From Curvibacter sp. (lineage in GTDB: Bacteria; Pseudomonadota; Gammaproteobacteria; Burkholderiales; Burkholderiaceae_C), in the NCBI GenBank assembly GCA_020248905.1, contig JADCGR010000026.1, forward strand, positions 5,321 to 69,320: 64,000 nucleotides of DNA, given 5' to 3'. The position numbers and the translations under genes were made by a program. Below the pieces are notes generated by a model. It ran no database searches and had not been told where the DNA came from. It saw only the letters and a program-made list of their open reading frames with translations. Shown here piece by piece: positions 43,077-52,639 of this stretch (position 1 is the first letter of the stretch; each line of letters begins with the position of its first letter).

Positions 43077-44924
43077 TTACAGCCCCAGACGCTGCTTGGT
43101 CGCCGCCGTCGGGCGGCCTTCCTTGTCCCAGCCGCGTACCTCGTAGTACTTGGGCAGCATCTTTGCCAGCTCGTTGACCTTGCCCTTGGCCGGGCCGGTC
43201 TTGGCGGCTTCGGTCAACAGGCGCTTGGGCAACTGGTCGTCCTTGGGCGTCAGGCCGGCGCGGTTGTTGAATTCGCGCTCCATGTTCCAGATGCGCTCGC
43301 CTATCTTGGTGAGCTCCTCGGTGGTGTAGGCCTCGTCGCAGGCGGCCTGCATCTGGGGCGCGAGGTCCTGCACGGTCCAGGCAAAGGTGGTGAAGATGCA
43401 CAGGCCCGAAGAATCAAAGGCCGCGGTTGCGTCCTGGAAGGCCTTGACGAGATCGGGCTTGCCTTCGCTCTCCAGCGGATCGGTCTTGACCGGGATGCCC
43501 AGCACTTCCGATGCGATGGTGTAGCCGCGCAGATGGCAGGCGCCACGGTTACTGGTGGCGTAGGCCAGGCCGATGCCCTGGATGCTGCGCCCGTCGTAGG
43601 CCGGGAACTCCTGGCCCTTGACGCTCATGGACAATTCCGGATGGCCGTACTTGGCCGTCAGGCGCTTGGAGCCCTGGCCGATTTCCTTGCCGAAGCCTTC
43701 GCCGCGGGCCGTGATCTCGGTGAAGTGCGCCAGCGCCTGGGCCGAGCCGAAGGGCGCCTCGATGCCCAGCTGCTCTTTCTTGAGCACGCCCATTTCATAC
43801 AGCTCCATGACGGCGCCCACGGTGGCGCCAAAGCTGATCGGGTCCATGCCGTATTCGTTGCACAGCAGGTTGGCGTACTGCAGGGCCTCCAGGTCGTTGA
43901 CGCCGTTGGCCGCACCCAGCGCCCAGGCGGCCTCGTACTCCAGACCGCCCGAGGCCCCCCAGTACTGGGGCTTGTTCTGGATGGTGAAGTGGCTTTCGTC
44001 CATCTTGCTGATGCGACCGCATGCGATGGTGCAGCCGAAACAGGCCTGGTTGGTCACCAGGTGCTTCTTGCCATCGGTCTTGCGCGGCGTGGCCATGGCC
44101 TCGGCCGAGATGTCCTTGGCGCCCTCGAACTGGTTGTCGCGGTGGTTGCGGGTGGGCAGTGCACCCACCTCGTTGATGACGTTCATCAGCACCTGGGTGC
44201 CATAGGTGGGCAGGCCCTGGCCGGTGACGGCGTTCTCCTGCAGGATTTTTTTCTTCTCGAAGGTGACCTGCATGAACTTTTTGGGGTCGCGGATATTGCC
44301 CACGCCATTGGTGCCGCGCACCGCAATGGCCTTGAGGTTCTTGCTGCCCGCCACCGCACCCACGCCCGAGCGGCCCGCCGCGCGGTGCAGGTCGTTGACG
44401 ATGCTGGCATAGAGCACCTGGTTCTCGCCCGCAGGGCCGATGCTGGATACGCGCAGCAGGGGATCCTGCAGGCTCTTCTTGAGTGCCTCCTCGGTCTTCC
44501 AGACGCTCTGGCCCCAGAGGTGGGACGCGTCGCGCAGCTCGGCCACATCATCGTTGACGTACAGATAGACTGGCTTGGGGGACTTGCCCTCGAAGATGAT
44601 CATGTCCCAGCCGGCCATCTTGAGCTCGGCGCCCCAGTAGCCGCCCGAGTTGGAGCAGGCGATGGCGCCCGTGAGCGGGCCCTTGGTAATGACGGTGTAG
44701 CGCCCGCCGGTGGAGGCCATGGTGCCGGTCAGCGGGCCAGTGGCCCAGATCAGCTTGTTGGCCGGTGAAAGCGGATCGACCTTGGCGTCGACCTCCTCAA
44801 CCAGGTACTTGGAGCCCAGGCCGCGCGAGCCCACATAGTCGCGCGCCCAGTCCATCCTGAGTGGCTCCGACTTCACGGTGCCCTTGCTCAGATCCACGCG
44901 GAGAATTTTTCCTGCCCATGCCAT
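43077..44924 (-). CDS. Aldehyde:ferredoxin oxidoreductase family tungstopterin enzyme (AorB-like)
   Basis: 615-aa ORF: MAWAGKILRVDLSKGTVKSEPL...GSRGLGSKYL..., TGGRYTVITKGPLTG, CFGCTIACGR. Confidence 0.9.
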   Translation of the reverse strand: MAWAGKILRVDLSKGTVKSEPLRMDWARDYVGSRGLGSKYLVEEVDAKVDPLSPANKLIWATGPLTGTMASTGGRYTVITKGPLTGAIACSNSGGYWGAELKMAGWDMIIFEGKSPKPVYLYVNDDVAELRDASHLWGQSVWKTEEALKKSLQDPLLRVSSIGPAGENQVLYASIVNDLHRAAGRSGVGAVAGSKNLKAIAVRGTNGVGNIRDPKKFMQVTFEKKKILQENAVTGQGLPTYGTQVLMNVINEVGALPTRNHRDNQFEGAKDISAEAMATPRKTDGKKHLVTNQACFGCTIACGRISKMDESHFTIQNKPQYWGASGGLEYEAAWALGAANGVNDLEALQYANLLCNEYGMDPISFGATVGAVMELYEMGVLKKEQLGIEAPFGSAQALAHFTEITARGEGFGKEIGQGSKRLTAKYGHPELSMSVKGQEFPAYDGRSIQGIGLAYATSNRGACHLRGYTIASEVLGIPVKTDPLESEGKPDLVKAFQDATAAFDSSGLCIFTTFAWTVQDLAPQMQAACDEAYTTEELTKIGERIWNMEREFNNRAGLTPKDDQLPKRLLTEAAKTGPAKGKVNELAKMLPKYYEVRGWDKEGRPTAATKQRLGL

Positions 44925-44936
44925 GGTCGTTCTCCT

Positions 44937-45413
44937 TTAAGCTGCTGCGGGCTGATTGCCCAGTTTGTTGGCCCACTGCTCCATCTTGCCCAGACCGGTC
45001 CAGTTGGCGTCGATGTAGGTGATGGCGCCGGTGGGGCAGGCGGTGGCGCAGGCGGGGTCGCCGCCGCAGAGGTCGCACTTCTGCACCTTGCCGGTCTCCT
45101 GCACATAGTTGACGGTGCCAAAGGGGCAGGCAATGGTGCAGACCTTGCAGCCCACGCAGGTGGAGTCGTTCACCACCTTGGCGCCCGTGGCCTTGTCCAC
45201 GGTGATGGCCTCCACCGGGCAGGCGTGCAGGCACCAGGCCTCGTCGCACTGCGTGCAGGTGTAGGGCACCTTCTTGCCCGTGTGATGGAAGTCGAAAACC
45301 TTGATCCGCGATTTGGCGGTGGCGAAGGTGCCGTAGTTCTCGAATGAACAGGCCATTTCGCACTGCAGACAGCCGGTGCACTTGTCTGCGTTGATGTGCA
45401 AAACCTTTTGCAT
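44937..45413 (-). CDS. 4Fe-4S polyferredoxin electron-transfer subunit (AorA-like)
   Basis: 158-aa ORF with four Cys clusters: CTGCLQCEMAC, CTQCDEAWCLHACP, CVGCKVCTIACP, CDLCGGDPACATACP. Confidence 0.85.
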   Translation of the reverse strand: MQKVLHINADKCTGCLQCEMACSFENYGTFATAKSRIKVFDFHHTGKKVPYTCTQCDEAWCLHACPVEAITVDKATGAKVVNDSTCVGCKVCTIACPFGTVNYVQETGKVQKCDLCGGDPACATACPTGAITYIDANWTGLGKMEQWANKLGNQPAAA

Positions 45414-45497
45414 CTGGGTCTCCTTGGGTTACGCGCCTGGGCGCCTTGCCTATGTACAGGGGTGCATAAGCATTCTTGGTTTCAGCCTTCGAGAGCG

Positions 45498-45515
45498 AAC
45501 TAGGGAGAACCCTAG
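45498..45515. promoter_or_regulatory. Candidate operator, a 7-bp inverted repeat actaggg-agaa-ccctagt, in the aorA/regulator divergent intergenic region
   Basis: A perfect inverted repeat seen in the sequence. Function is purely inferred from its position. Confidence 0.2.
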
Positions 45516-45603
45516 TCAACTATGTCGGAGGTGGGGGTTATTCTCAAATTGAAACACCGTCGCGACCTGCCACCGGCCGGCGCGAATCGCCCTCCCTCAC
45601 CTC

Positions 45604-46707
45604 TTGCCCATGCGCTCTGCACCCGCCGTGTCCTCAACTTCGCGCCTGGCGCGCATAGGCCGGGCGCGGCAGCTTTCGATCCATGAAGGCTCGGCACTTG
45701 CCGATGGGCTGGTCGAACCGTGGATCGCGCAAAGCTGGCAGCGCTGCCTGGCCCAGGGCCTGCGGCCCGATCAGCGTGTGCATTTTGACGCGGTCAGCCC
45801 GGCCATGATGCGGCAGGCCGCCGAGGGCAACCGCAACCTCGTCATGGCGGCGCGGCCCATCTTGCGTCAGCTCGGCCAGGTGCTGGCCGAAACCCGCTAT
45901 TTCGCCATCCTGACCAACGAGGCCGGAGTGGTGATCGACACCGAAGGCCCGATCGACCGCAGCGATCGCCGCGCCGCGCTGATCACGCGCGTGGGCGTGG
46001 ACCTGTCCGAGGCCAGCGTCGGCACCACCGCCATCGGCGCGGCGCTGCGCGAACTGCAGCCCGTCTGGTTGCACCGCGGCGAGCACTTCTTCAACGACAC
46101 CTCGGCCTACAGCTGCGCGGGGGCACCGCTGTTCGGCCCCGATGGTCACTGCGTGGGCATGCTGGACCTCACGGGCGTGGAGGCGGCCGAGCGCCCCGAG
46201 CTGCGCCACCTGGCGATGCACGCCGCGCGCCGCATCGAGAACGCCCTGCTGCTGCTGCGTCCCCATCGCCTGCTGCTGCGCCTGGCCTGGCCCGGGCTGC
46301 CGCCGGGCGATGAAGCTGACGGTATCGTCACGCTGGACGCCGACGGCTGCGTGCGCGCAGCCAACCGCGCGGCGCGCCAGCTGCTGCCCATGCTCGACAC
46401 CCAGGGTATGGAGTTGCACGCACGCGACCTGTTTGCACTGCCCCTGGAAATGCTGTTCGACACCGCTTGGCGCAGCCAGACCCTGGACGTGCCGCTTTGG
46501 TCAGGCCTGCGCCTGCAGGTGCGGGCGGAGCTGGCGGGCCGTCCGCATGCCGCGAGCACCCGCGCGCCAGCGCCCACCCTGCCGCTGCGCGACGTGGAGA
46601 CCCGGCTGATCCGCAAGGCGGTGGAAGATGCGCGCGGCAACGTGGCCCAGGCTGCCCGCAACCTGGGCATCAGCCGCGCCACGGTCTACCGCAAGCTGGG
46701 GAAGTGA
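45604..46707 (+). CDS. GAF-like sensor plus Fis-type HTH regulator, AcoR-like but lacking the sigma-54 AAA+ module
   Basis: 367-aa ORF. The C-terminus is GNVAQAARNLGISRATVYRKLGK. The N-terminus is WQRCLAQGL...YFAILTNEAGVVID...SVGTTAIGAAL. No Walker A (GESGTGKE) or GAFTGA motif is visible. Confidence 0.7.
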   Translation: MPMRSAPAVSSTSRLARIGRARQLSIHEGSALADGLVEPWIAQSWQRCLAQGLRPDQRVHFDAVSPAMMRQAAEGNRNLVMAARPILRQLGQVLAETRYFAILTNEAGVVIDTEGPIDRSDRRAALITRVGVDLSEASVGTTAIGAALRELQPVWLHRGEHFFNDTSAYSCAGAPLFGPDGHCVGMLDLTGVEAAERPELRHLAMHAARRIENALLLLRPHRLLLRLAWPGLPPGDEADGIVTLDADGCVRAANRAARQLLPMLDTQGMELHARDLFALPLEMLFDTAWRSQTLDVPLWSGLRLQVRAELAGRPHAASTRAPAPTLPLRDVETRLIRKAVEDARGNVAQAARNLGISRATVYRKLGK

Positions 46708-46825
46708 CTAGGCACGGCCCGTGGGCCGGCTTGCGTCCCTTCAAGGCCTGGGGACAAACCGAAGCGCCGAGAATTCAAGGGTCGCTTGGTACGTCCATGC
46801 CCGGCGGTAGCTGGTAACGAGATTG

Positions 46826-46852
46826 AGGAGTCCTTCGGGACTCCTTTTTTTT
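46826..46852 (+). terminator. Strong plus-strand intrinsic terminator
   Basis: aggagtcc-ttcg-ggactcct is followed by T8 (46845-46852). It lies ~120 nt after the regulator stop and 32 nt from the convergent GST stop. Confidence 0.75.
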
Positions 46853-46883
46853 CGGGGATGCGCAGACCGGCGCCGCCTTGTCC

Positions 46884-47489
46884 TCAGGCCAGGCCTTCGG
46901 CCTTGAGCGCCGCCTTCACGCCGGGCCGCGCTGCCATGCGAGCCATGAAGGCCACAAGGTTTGCGTGGGCGCTCAGATCGATCTTGACCACGCGCGTCCA
47001 GCTGAGCACCGTGAAAAGGTAGGCGTCGGCCACGCTGAAGTCCGCACCCAGCAGATAGTCCTTGCCCGCGAGCTGTTCATTGACCCAGACGAGGCGACGC
47101 TCGATGTTGCCGCGGCACACGGCCTTCCAGTCATCGGGCGCGGCCGGGTTGAACAGCGGGCTGAACTGCTTGTGCAGCTCCGTGCCGATGAAGGTCAGCC
47201 ACGACTGCATTTGGTAGCGCGCGAGCGTGCCGTTGGCGGGCGCGAGCTTCTTGCCGGGGTGAAGGTCTGCCAGGTACTGCACGATGGCCGGGCCTTCGGT
47301 CAGCACCGTGCCGTCGTCAAGCTGGAGCGCGGGTACATAGCCCTTGGGGTTGATGGCCAGAAAATCGCCGCCCGAGGCGGTCTTCTTGCTCTTGAGGTCT
47401 ACGGCCTCGGCGTCGTACTTGACCCCGAGCTCTTCGAGGACGATGTGGGGAGAAAGCGAACAGGCGCCGGGTTTGAGAAAGAGTTTCAT
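46884..47489 (-). CDS. Glutathione S-transferase (beta-class-like)
   Basis: ORF 46884..47507 trimmed to the ATG at 47489 (MKLFLKPGACSLSPHIVLEELG...INPKGYVPAL...EGPAIVQYL). Confidence 0.85.
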   Translation of the reverse strand: MKLFLKPGACSLSPHIVLEELGVKYDAEAVDLKSKKTASGGDFLAINPKGYVPALQLDDGTVLTEGPAIVQYLADLHPGKKLAPANGTLARYQMQSWLTFIGTELHKQFSPLFNPAAPDDWKAVCRGNIERRLVWVNEQLAGKDYLLGADFSVADAYLFTVLSWTRVVKIDLSAHANLVAFMARMAARPGVKAALKAEGLA

Positions 47490-47568
47490 GGTGTGTCTCG
47501 TGTGCATGGGTGAGGGGAAGGGATGTAAGTGTAGGCAATCGCGCCGGCCTGTGCACTGCCCGGCAGCA

Positions 47569-48936
47569 TCAGCTGAGGACCTGGATGAGCAGCCCCAGCA
47601 CAGCGCAGGCCGCCAGCACCTGGATCACATTGCGCTTGTACTTGAACAGCGCGACGGCCGCGCCCAGCGCAATCAGGGCGCAGGCCGCGTCAAAGCGGCC
47701 CTCGAAACCCTCGGGCCAGAGCACGTGGTAGCCGAAGAAGAGCGCGAGATTGAGGATCACGCCCACCACGGCGGCCGTGATGGCCGTAAGCGGCGCGGTG
47801 AAGTTGAGATTGTCGTGGGTGGACTCCACCAGCGGCCCGCCGGCCAGGATGAAAATGAAAGACGGCAGGAAGGTGAACCAGGTCACGAGCACCGCCGCCA
47901 GCGCACCCGCCAGGAACAGCGCATCCGGCCCGAGCAACGCCTTGCCCCAGCCGCCGACAAAACCCACAAAGGCCACCACCATGATCAGCGGCCCGGGCGT
48001 GGTCTCGCCCAGGGCCAGACCGTCAATCATCTGCCGGCCGCTGAGCCAGTCGTAACGCTCCACTGCGCCCTGATAGACATAGGGCAGCACGGCATAGGCG
48101 CCGCCAAACGTGAGCAGCGCGGCCTTGGTGAAGAACCAGGCCATTTGCGTGTAGTCATGCCGCCAGCCCACCGTCGCCAGCAGCAGGCCCATGGGCAGCA
48201 GCCAGAGCAGGCCGCCGATCGCGGCCACCTGTGCCAGACGACCCCAGCGCAAACGCGTATGGGCTTGCGTGGGCGTGTCGTTGTCGATCAGCGCACGGCC
48301 ATAGGAGGCTTTGCCAGGGCCATGCCCGCCGCCGGTGCGAAAGCTGTCGGGCACGTAGCGACCACCGAGGTAGCCCACCACGGCTGCCGTGAGCACGATC
48401 AGCGGAAAGGGCAGGTTGAGCGCAAAGATGGCCACGAAGGCCGCAGCCGCGATGCTCCACAACCAGGGGTTGCGTAGTGTGCGCGAGCCAATGCGATGCG
48501 CGGCCTGCACCACGATGGCCGTCACCGCAGGCTTGATGCCGTAGAACAGCCCGGCCACCAGCGGCGTCTCGCCCCAGGCCATGTAGATGGCCGACAGCGC
48601 AATCAGGATGAAGAGCGAGGGCAGCACGAACAGCACGCCGGCGATGATGCCGCCCCAGGTGCGGTGCATGAGCCAGCCGATGTAGGTGGCCAGCTGCTGG
48701 GCCTCGGGGCCGGGCAGCACCATGCAATAGTTCAGCGCGTGCAGGAAGCGCTTTTCCGAGATCCAGCGCCGCTTTTCCACGAGTTCGTGGTGCATGATGG
48801 CAATCTGCCCGGCCGGCCCGCCGAAGCTGATGAAACCCAGACGCAGCCAGTACCGCGTGGCCTGGGCCAGGGTGACGGGGGAAGGGGCGGCGTGTGCTGC
48901 GGCGTGCTCGCCGGTACTTGCAGTCTTCTCGTTCAC
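47569..48936 (-). CDS. chrA: Chromate efflux transporter
   Basis: 455-aa ORF with a GTG start after the SD aagaggagag. It has duplicated CHR domains (LGFISFGGPAGQIAIMHHELVEKRRWISEKRF... / ...LLTFGGAYAVLPYV). Confidence 0.9.
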   Translation of the reverse strand: MNEKTASTGEHAAAHAAPSPVTLAQATRYWLRLGFISFGGPAGQIAIMHHELVEKRRWISEKRFLHALNYCMVLPGPEAQQLATYIGWLMHRTWGGIIAGVLFVLPSLFILIALSAIYMAWGETPLVAGLFYGIKPAVTAIVVQAAHRIGSRTLRNPWLWSIAAAAFVAIFALNLPFPLIVLTAAVVGYLGGRYVPDSFRTGGGHGPGKASYGRALIDNDTPTQAHTRLRWGRLAQVAAIGGLLWLLPMGLLLATVGWRHDYTQMAWFFTKAALLTFGGAYAVLPYVYQGAVERYDWLSGRQMIDGLALGETTPGPLIMVVAFVGFVGGWGKALLGPDALFLAGALAAVLVTWFTFLPSFIFILAGGPLVESTHDNLNFTAPLTAITAAVVGVILNLALFFGYHVLWPEGFEGRFDAACALIALGAAVALFKYKRNVIQVLAACAVLGLLIQVLS

Positions 48937-49067
48937 AGACTCTCCTCTTGGGGCATCAGCACCCCAGATCAGAGCAGGCCTTGGACGGGAGCGTCTTGGG
49001 GCGGGGAGGCTGCCGTGTCCCCGGTGGTGTCCCTTGCATCATATCCCCGCGCGACGCCAGACCCGGC

Positions 49068-49457
49068 TCACTTGACGGCGAAGCGCGCTGTCACGGCCTT
49101 CTGCCCGGGCAGGGTCACCACGGCCACCGCCTTGGTGCCCGCAGCGGCAGGGAAGTCGCCGCTGGCCTCAAAGCGGGTGCCGGATGGCACCAGCGCCACC
49201 TCGCTCTTGCGGTCGCCCGCGAGCAGCGTGAGCCTGGCGGTTCCCCCCTTCACCTCAAGCGGCTTGCCGTGGTCGCTGATGTGCAGCACGACCCGCCGGG
49301 CTTGAAGCACAAGCTCAAGCTGGAACACACCGCCTTCGGCGACGATGCCGCCAAACTGCGGCTTGCCATGGTCGTCATGCGCCAGCGCCGCAGCGGGCAG
49401 GAACAAGGCAGCCAGCAGGAAGAGCGACGGCGTAGGCGTGAGAAAGAGTTTTTTCAT
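49068..49457 (-). CDS. Small secreted protein whose predicted mature N-terminus is HDDHGKP. A putative metal-binding accessory of the RND operon.
   Basis: ORF 49068..49910 trimmed to the ATG at 49457 (MKKLFLTPTPSLFLLAALFLPAAALA|HDDHGKPQFGG). It is 129 aa and sits directly downstream of the RND pump. Confidence 0.55.
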   Translation of the reverse strand: MKKLFLTPTPSLFLLAALFLPAAALAHDDHGKPQFGGIVAEGGVFQLELVLQARRVVLHISDHGKPLEVKGGTARLTLLAGDRKSEVALVPSGTRFEASGDFPAAAGTKAVAVVTLPGQKAVTARFAVK

Positions 49458-49510
49458 GCGGTTTACTTCCAAGCGACGGAGAAAAAAGGGGAGCGAATGA
49501 TCGGGCCAGC

Positions 49511-52500
49511 CTACAAGGCTTCTTCCCCGGTATCTGCAGCCAGGCGCTCGATGTCGGCCTGGCCCAAGAGCTTGACGAGCACGGGGGTGAGCAGCGTGTC
49601 GAGCAGCGTGGAGCTCACCAGGCCGCCAAAAATCACCACCGCCACCGGGTGCAGGATCTCCTTGCCCGGAGCATCTGCGGCCAGCAGCAGCGGTGTAAGC
49701 GCAAAGGCTGCCACCAGCGCCGTCATGAGCACGGGCGTGAGCCGCTCCAGAGAACCGCGCACGATCATGGCCGCACCGAAACGCTCGCCTTCGAACTTGC
49801 ACAGGTTGATGTAGTGGCTGATCTTGAGAATGCCGTTGCGCGTGGCGATGCCAGCCAGCGTGATGAAGCCCACCATGGAGGCCACCGACAGGCTCACGTC
49901 CGCGAGCCACATGGCGATCACCGAGCCGATCAGCGCCAGCGGGATGTTGGCCATGATGATGCCCGACAGCACCGCCGAGCGGTAGCGCGCGTAGAGCACG
50001 AGGAACATCATGGCCAGCGACACCAGCGACAGCAACGCAATCAGCCGCGTGGCGGCCTCCTGCGCCTGGAACTGCCCTTCAAGGCTGATGAAATTGCCTG
50101 CGGGTAGCTGCATCTGGGCGATGACAGCGCGGATGTCGGAGATGACGTGCGTCATGTCGGTGCCGTCGGTGTTGGCGTAGACGATGATGCGCCGGCGTCC
50201 GTTCTCGCGCCCGATCTGGTTGGGGCCATCGCCCTCCTCCACGGTGGCGATGCTGCTCACGGGCAGGCGGCCGGCCGGCGTGTCGATCAGCGTGCGCGCG
50301 AGATCCTGCGGACTGCGTTGCGCATCGGGCAGGCGCAGCACCAGCTCGTAACGGCGCGCACCGTCCACGATCTGCGCCACATGCGCGCCATCGGTCAGGG
50401 CCTGCAGCGCGGTGATGGCCTCGCCCGGCGCCAGCCCGGCTTGCGCCGCGCGTGCGTAGTCCAGCCGTACGGTGATCTGCGGAATCAGCACCTGTTTCTC
50501 TACCGTCAGGTCCGCCAGGCCATGGGCCTGGCTGAGGTCGGCGCGTAAGCGCTCGGCCAGACCGCGCAGGGTGTCAAGGTCGTCGCCGTAAATCTTGATG
50601 GCGATCTGCGCCCGCACCCCCGAGAGCAGATGGTCCAGCCGGTGCGAGATGGGCTGGCCGATGGACAGCTGCACCGGCAGAACAGCTAGTCGGCGCCGGA
50701 TGTCGGCCAGCACGTCCTCGCGGCTGCGATCACTGCGATGGAGGTCCACATCAATCTCGGTGGAGTGCACGCCTTCGGCGTGCTCGTCCAGCTCGGCGCG
50801 CCCGGTACGCCGGCCGACCTGGATCACCTCGGGCACCTCGCGGATCAGGCGCTCGGCCACGGTACCCACACGGTTCGACTCGGCCAGCGAGGTGCCCGGA
50901 TTGAGCAGCAGGGAGATGACCAGAGAGCCTTCGTTGAAAGGCGGCAGGAAAGCACGCGCCATGAAGGGCACCGAGGCGGCGGCCAGCAGCACGGCGGCCA
51001 CGGCGGAAATCACGAATGATCGGGCATGGCCAAAGGACCAGTGCAGCAGCCGCGCATCCAGCCGCTTCAGCCGGGTCACCAGCGGCGTATCGCCATGGTC
51101 CAGGCGCTTCATCCCGGGCAGCAGGTAGTAGCTGAGCACGGGCGTGACGGTCATCGACACCCCCATCGACGCCAGGATAGAGACGATGTAGGCAATGCCC
51201 AGCGGCGTGAACAGCCGCCCCTCGATGCCCGGCAGCGCAAACAGCGGCACGAAAACCAGCACCACGATGACGGTGGCGTAGACGATGCCCGAGCGCACCT
51301 CCACGCTTGCCTGGCGCACCACCTCAAAGACGCTCAGAGGCGCAGTGGCCAGGCGGTTCTGCTTGAGCCGGCGCAGGATGTTCTCCACGTCCACCACCGC
51401 GTCGTCCACAAGCTCGCCGATGGCAATGGCCAGCCCGCCCAACGTCATGACGTTGATCGACTGCCCCAACAGATGAAAGACCAGCGCCGCCACCGCCAGC
51501 GACAGCGGGATGGCCAGCAGGGAGATGAGCGTGGTGCGCGCCGAGAGCAGGAAGGCAAACAGCACAATGGCAACCATGATGGCGCCGTCGCGCAGGGCCT
51601 CCCTCACGTTGCGGATCGAGGCCTCAATGAAATCACCCTGCCGAAATAGCACCTGCGGCGCACTCAGGCCGGCAGGAAGGCCCTGGCGCAGCTCAGCCAG
51701 TGCCGCTTCCAAGGCGGCCGTGAGCTGTACCGTGTCAGCTGTGGGTTGCTTGTGCACGCTGATCACTACTGCGGGCGCGCCGTTATAGCCCGCCTCACCG
51801 CGGCTCAGCGCTGGCGCGTAACGCACGCTGGCCACCTGCTGCAGCTGGATGGGTCGGCCATTCTTCCAGGCCACGGCCACGCTGGCCAGGTCTTCGACGC
51901 GCTGCGTGCGGCCCACGTGGCGGATCAGGTACTCGCGGCTGTTGAGATCGATGAAGCCACCGCCCGCATTGGCCGCAAAACCGCGCAGCGCCTGCTCCAG
52001 TTGCGTGAGTGTCACGCCGAACTGCGCCATGCGCGCGGTATCGGGCTCCACGCGCAGCTGCCGCACCTGGCCACCGATGGGGATGACCTGCGATACCCCG
52101 GGGATGGACAGCAGGCGCGGGCGCAGCACGAAGTCCGCGTACTCGCGCGCCTGCATCGGCAGGCCTTCGGGCACGGCCTCGCCCTGCGTCTTGAGTGGCA
52201 GGGCGATGAGCATGATCTCGCCCATGACGGACGAGACCGGCCCCATCACCGGTGACACGCCATTGGGCGGACGCTGGCGCATCAGGGGCAAGCGCTCGGC
52301 CACCAGTTGACGGTTGCGATAGATGTCGGTGCCCCAGTCGAACTCGGCGTAGGCGATGGACAGGCCCACACCCGAGACCGAGCGCACGCGCGTCACGCCG
52401 GGCATGCCGTTGAGCGCGATCTCGATGGGGAAGGTCACGAGCTGCTCGACCTCCTGCGGTGCCATGCCGCCGGCTTCCGTCATCACCGTCACCACCGGTT

Positions 52501-52630
52501 TGTTGAGATCGGGAAACACATCGACCGGCGTGCGCCAGGCGGTGAGTGCGCCATAGGCCATGAGCAGCGCCGCCAGCGCCAGAACCATCAGCCGGTTCTG
52601 CAGACTGGAACGAACGATCCAGTTGAACAT
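49511..52630 (-). CDS. CusA/CzcA-family heavy-metal efflux RND transporter
   Basis: 1039-aa ORF: [23 protein letters not shown]...[35 protein letters not shown]. Confidence 0.9.
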   Translation of the reverse strand: MFNWIVRSSLQNRLMVLALAALLMAYGALTAWRTPVDVFPDLNKPVVTVMTEAGGMAPQEVEQLVTFPIEIALNGMPGVTRVRSVSGVGLSIAYAEFDWGTDIYRNRQLVAERLPLMRQRPPNGVSPVMGPVSSVMGEIMLIALPLKTQGEAVPEGLPMQAREYADFVLRPRLLSIPGVSQVIPIGGQVRQLRVEPDTARMAQFGVTLTQLEQALRGFAANAGGGFIDLNSREYLIRHVGRTQRVEDLASVAVAWKNGRPIQLQQVASVRYAPALSRGEAGYNGAPAVVISVHKQPTADTVQLTAALEAALAELRQGLPAGLSAPQVLFRQGDFIEASIRNVREALRDGAIMVAIVLFAFLLSARTTLISLLAIPLSLAVAALVFHLLGQSINVMTLGGLAIAIGELVDDAVVDVENILRRLKQNRLATAPLSVFEVVRQASVEVRSGIVYATVIVVLVFVPLFALPGIEGRLFTPLGIAYIVSILASMGVSMTVTPVLSYYLLPGMKRLDHGDTPLVTRLKRLDARLLHWSFGHARSFVISAVAAVLLAAASVPFMARAFLPPFNEGSLVISLLLNPGTSLAESNRVGTVAERLIREVPEVIQVGRRTGRAELDEHAEGVHSTEIDVDLHRSDRSREDVLADIRRRLAVLPVQLSIGQPISHRLDHLLSGVRAQIAIKIYGDDLDTLRGLAERLRADLSQAHGLADLTVEKQVLIPQITVRLDYARAAQAGLAPGEAITALQALTDGAHVAQIVDGARRYELVLRLPDAQRSPQDLARTLIDTPAGRLPVSSIATVEEGDGPNQIGRENGRRRIIVYANTDGTDMTHVISDIRAVIAQMQLPAGNFISLEGQFQAQEAATRLIALLSLVSLAMMFLVLYARYRSAVLSGIIMANIPLALIGSVIAMWLADVSLSVASMVGFITLAGIATRNGILKISHYINLCKFEGERFGAAMIVRGSLERLTPVLMTALVAAFALTPLLLAADAPGKEILHPVAVVIFGGLVSSTLLDTLLTPVLVKLLGQADIERLAADTGEEAL

Positions 52631-52639
52631 GGTGCTCTC

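Noticed and set aside
45414-45603. Sigma-54 (-24/-12) promoter upstream of aorA
   Set aside because: No TGGCAC-N5-TTGC-like element is present; the nearest GG...GC pair has the wrong spacing. The adjacent regulator also lacks an AAA+ domain.
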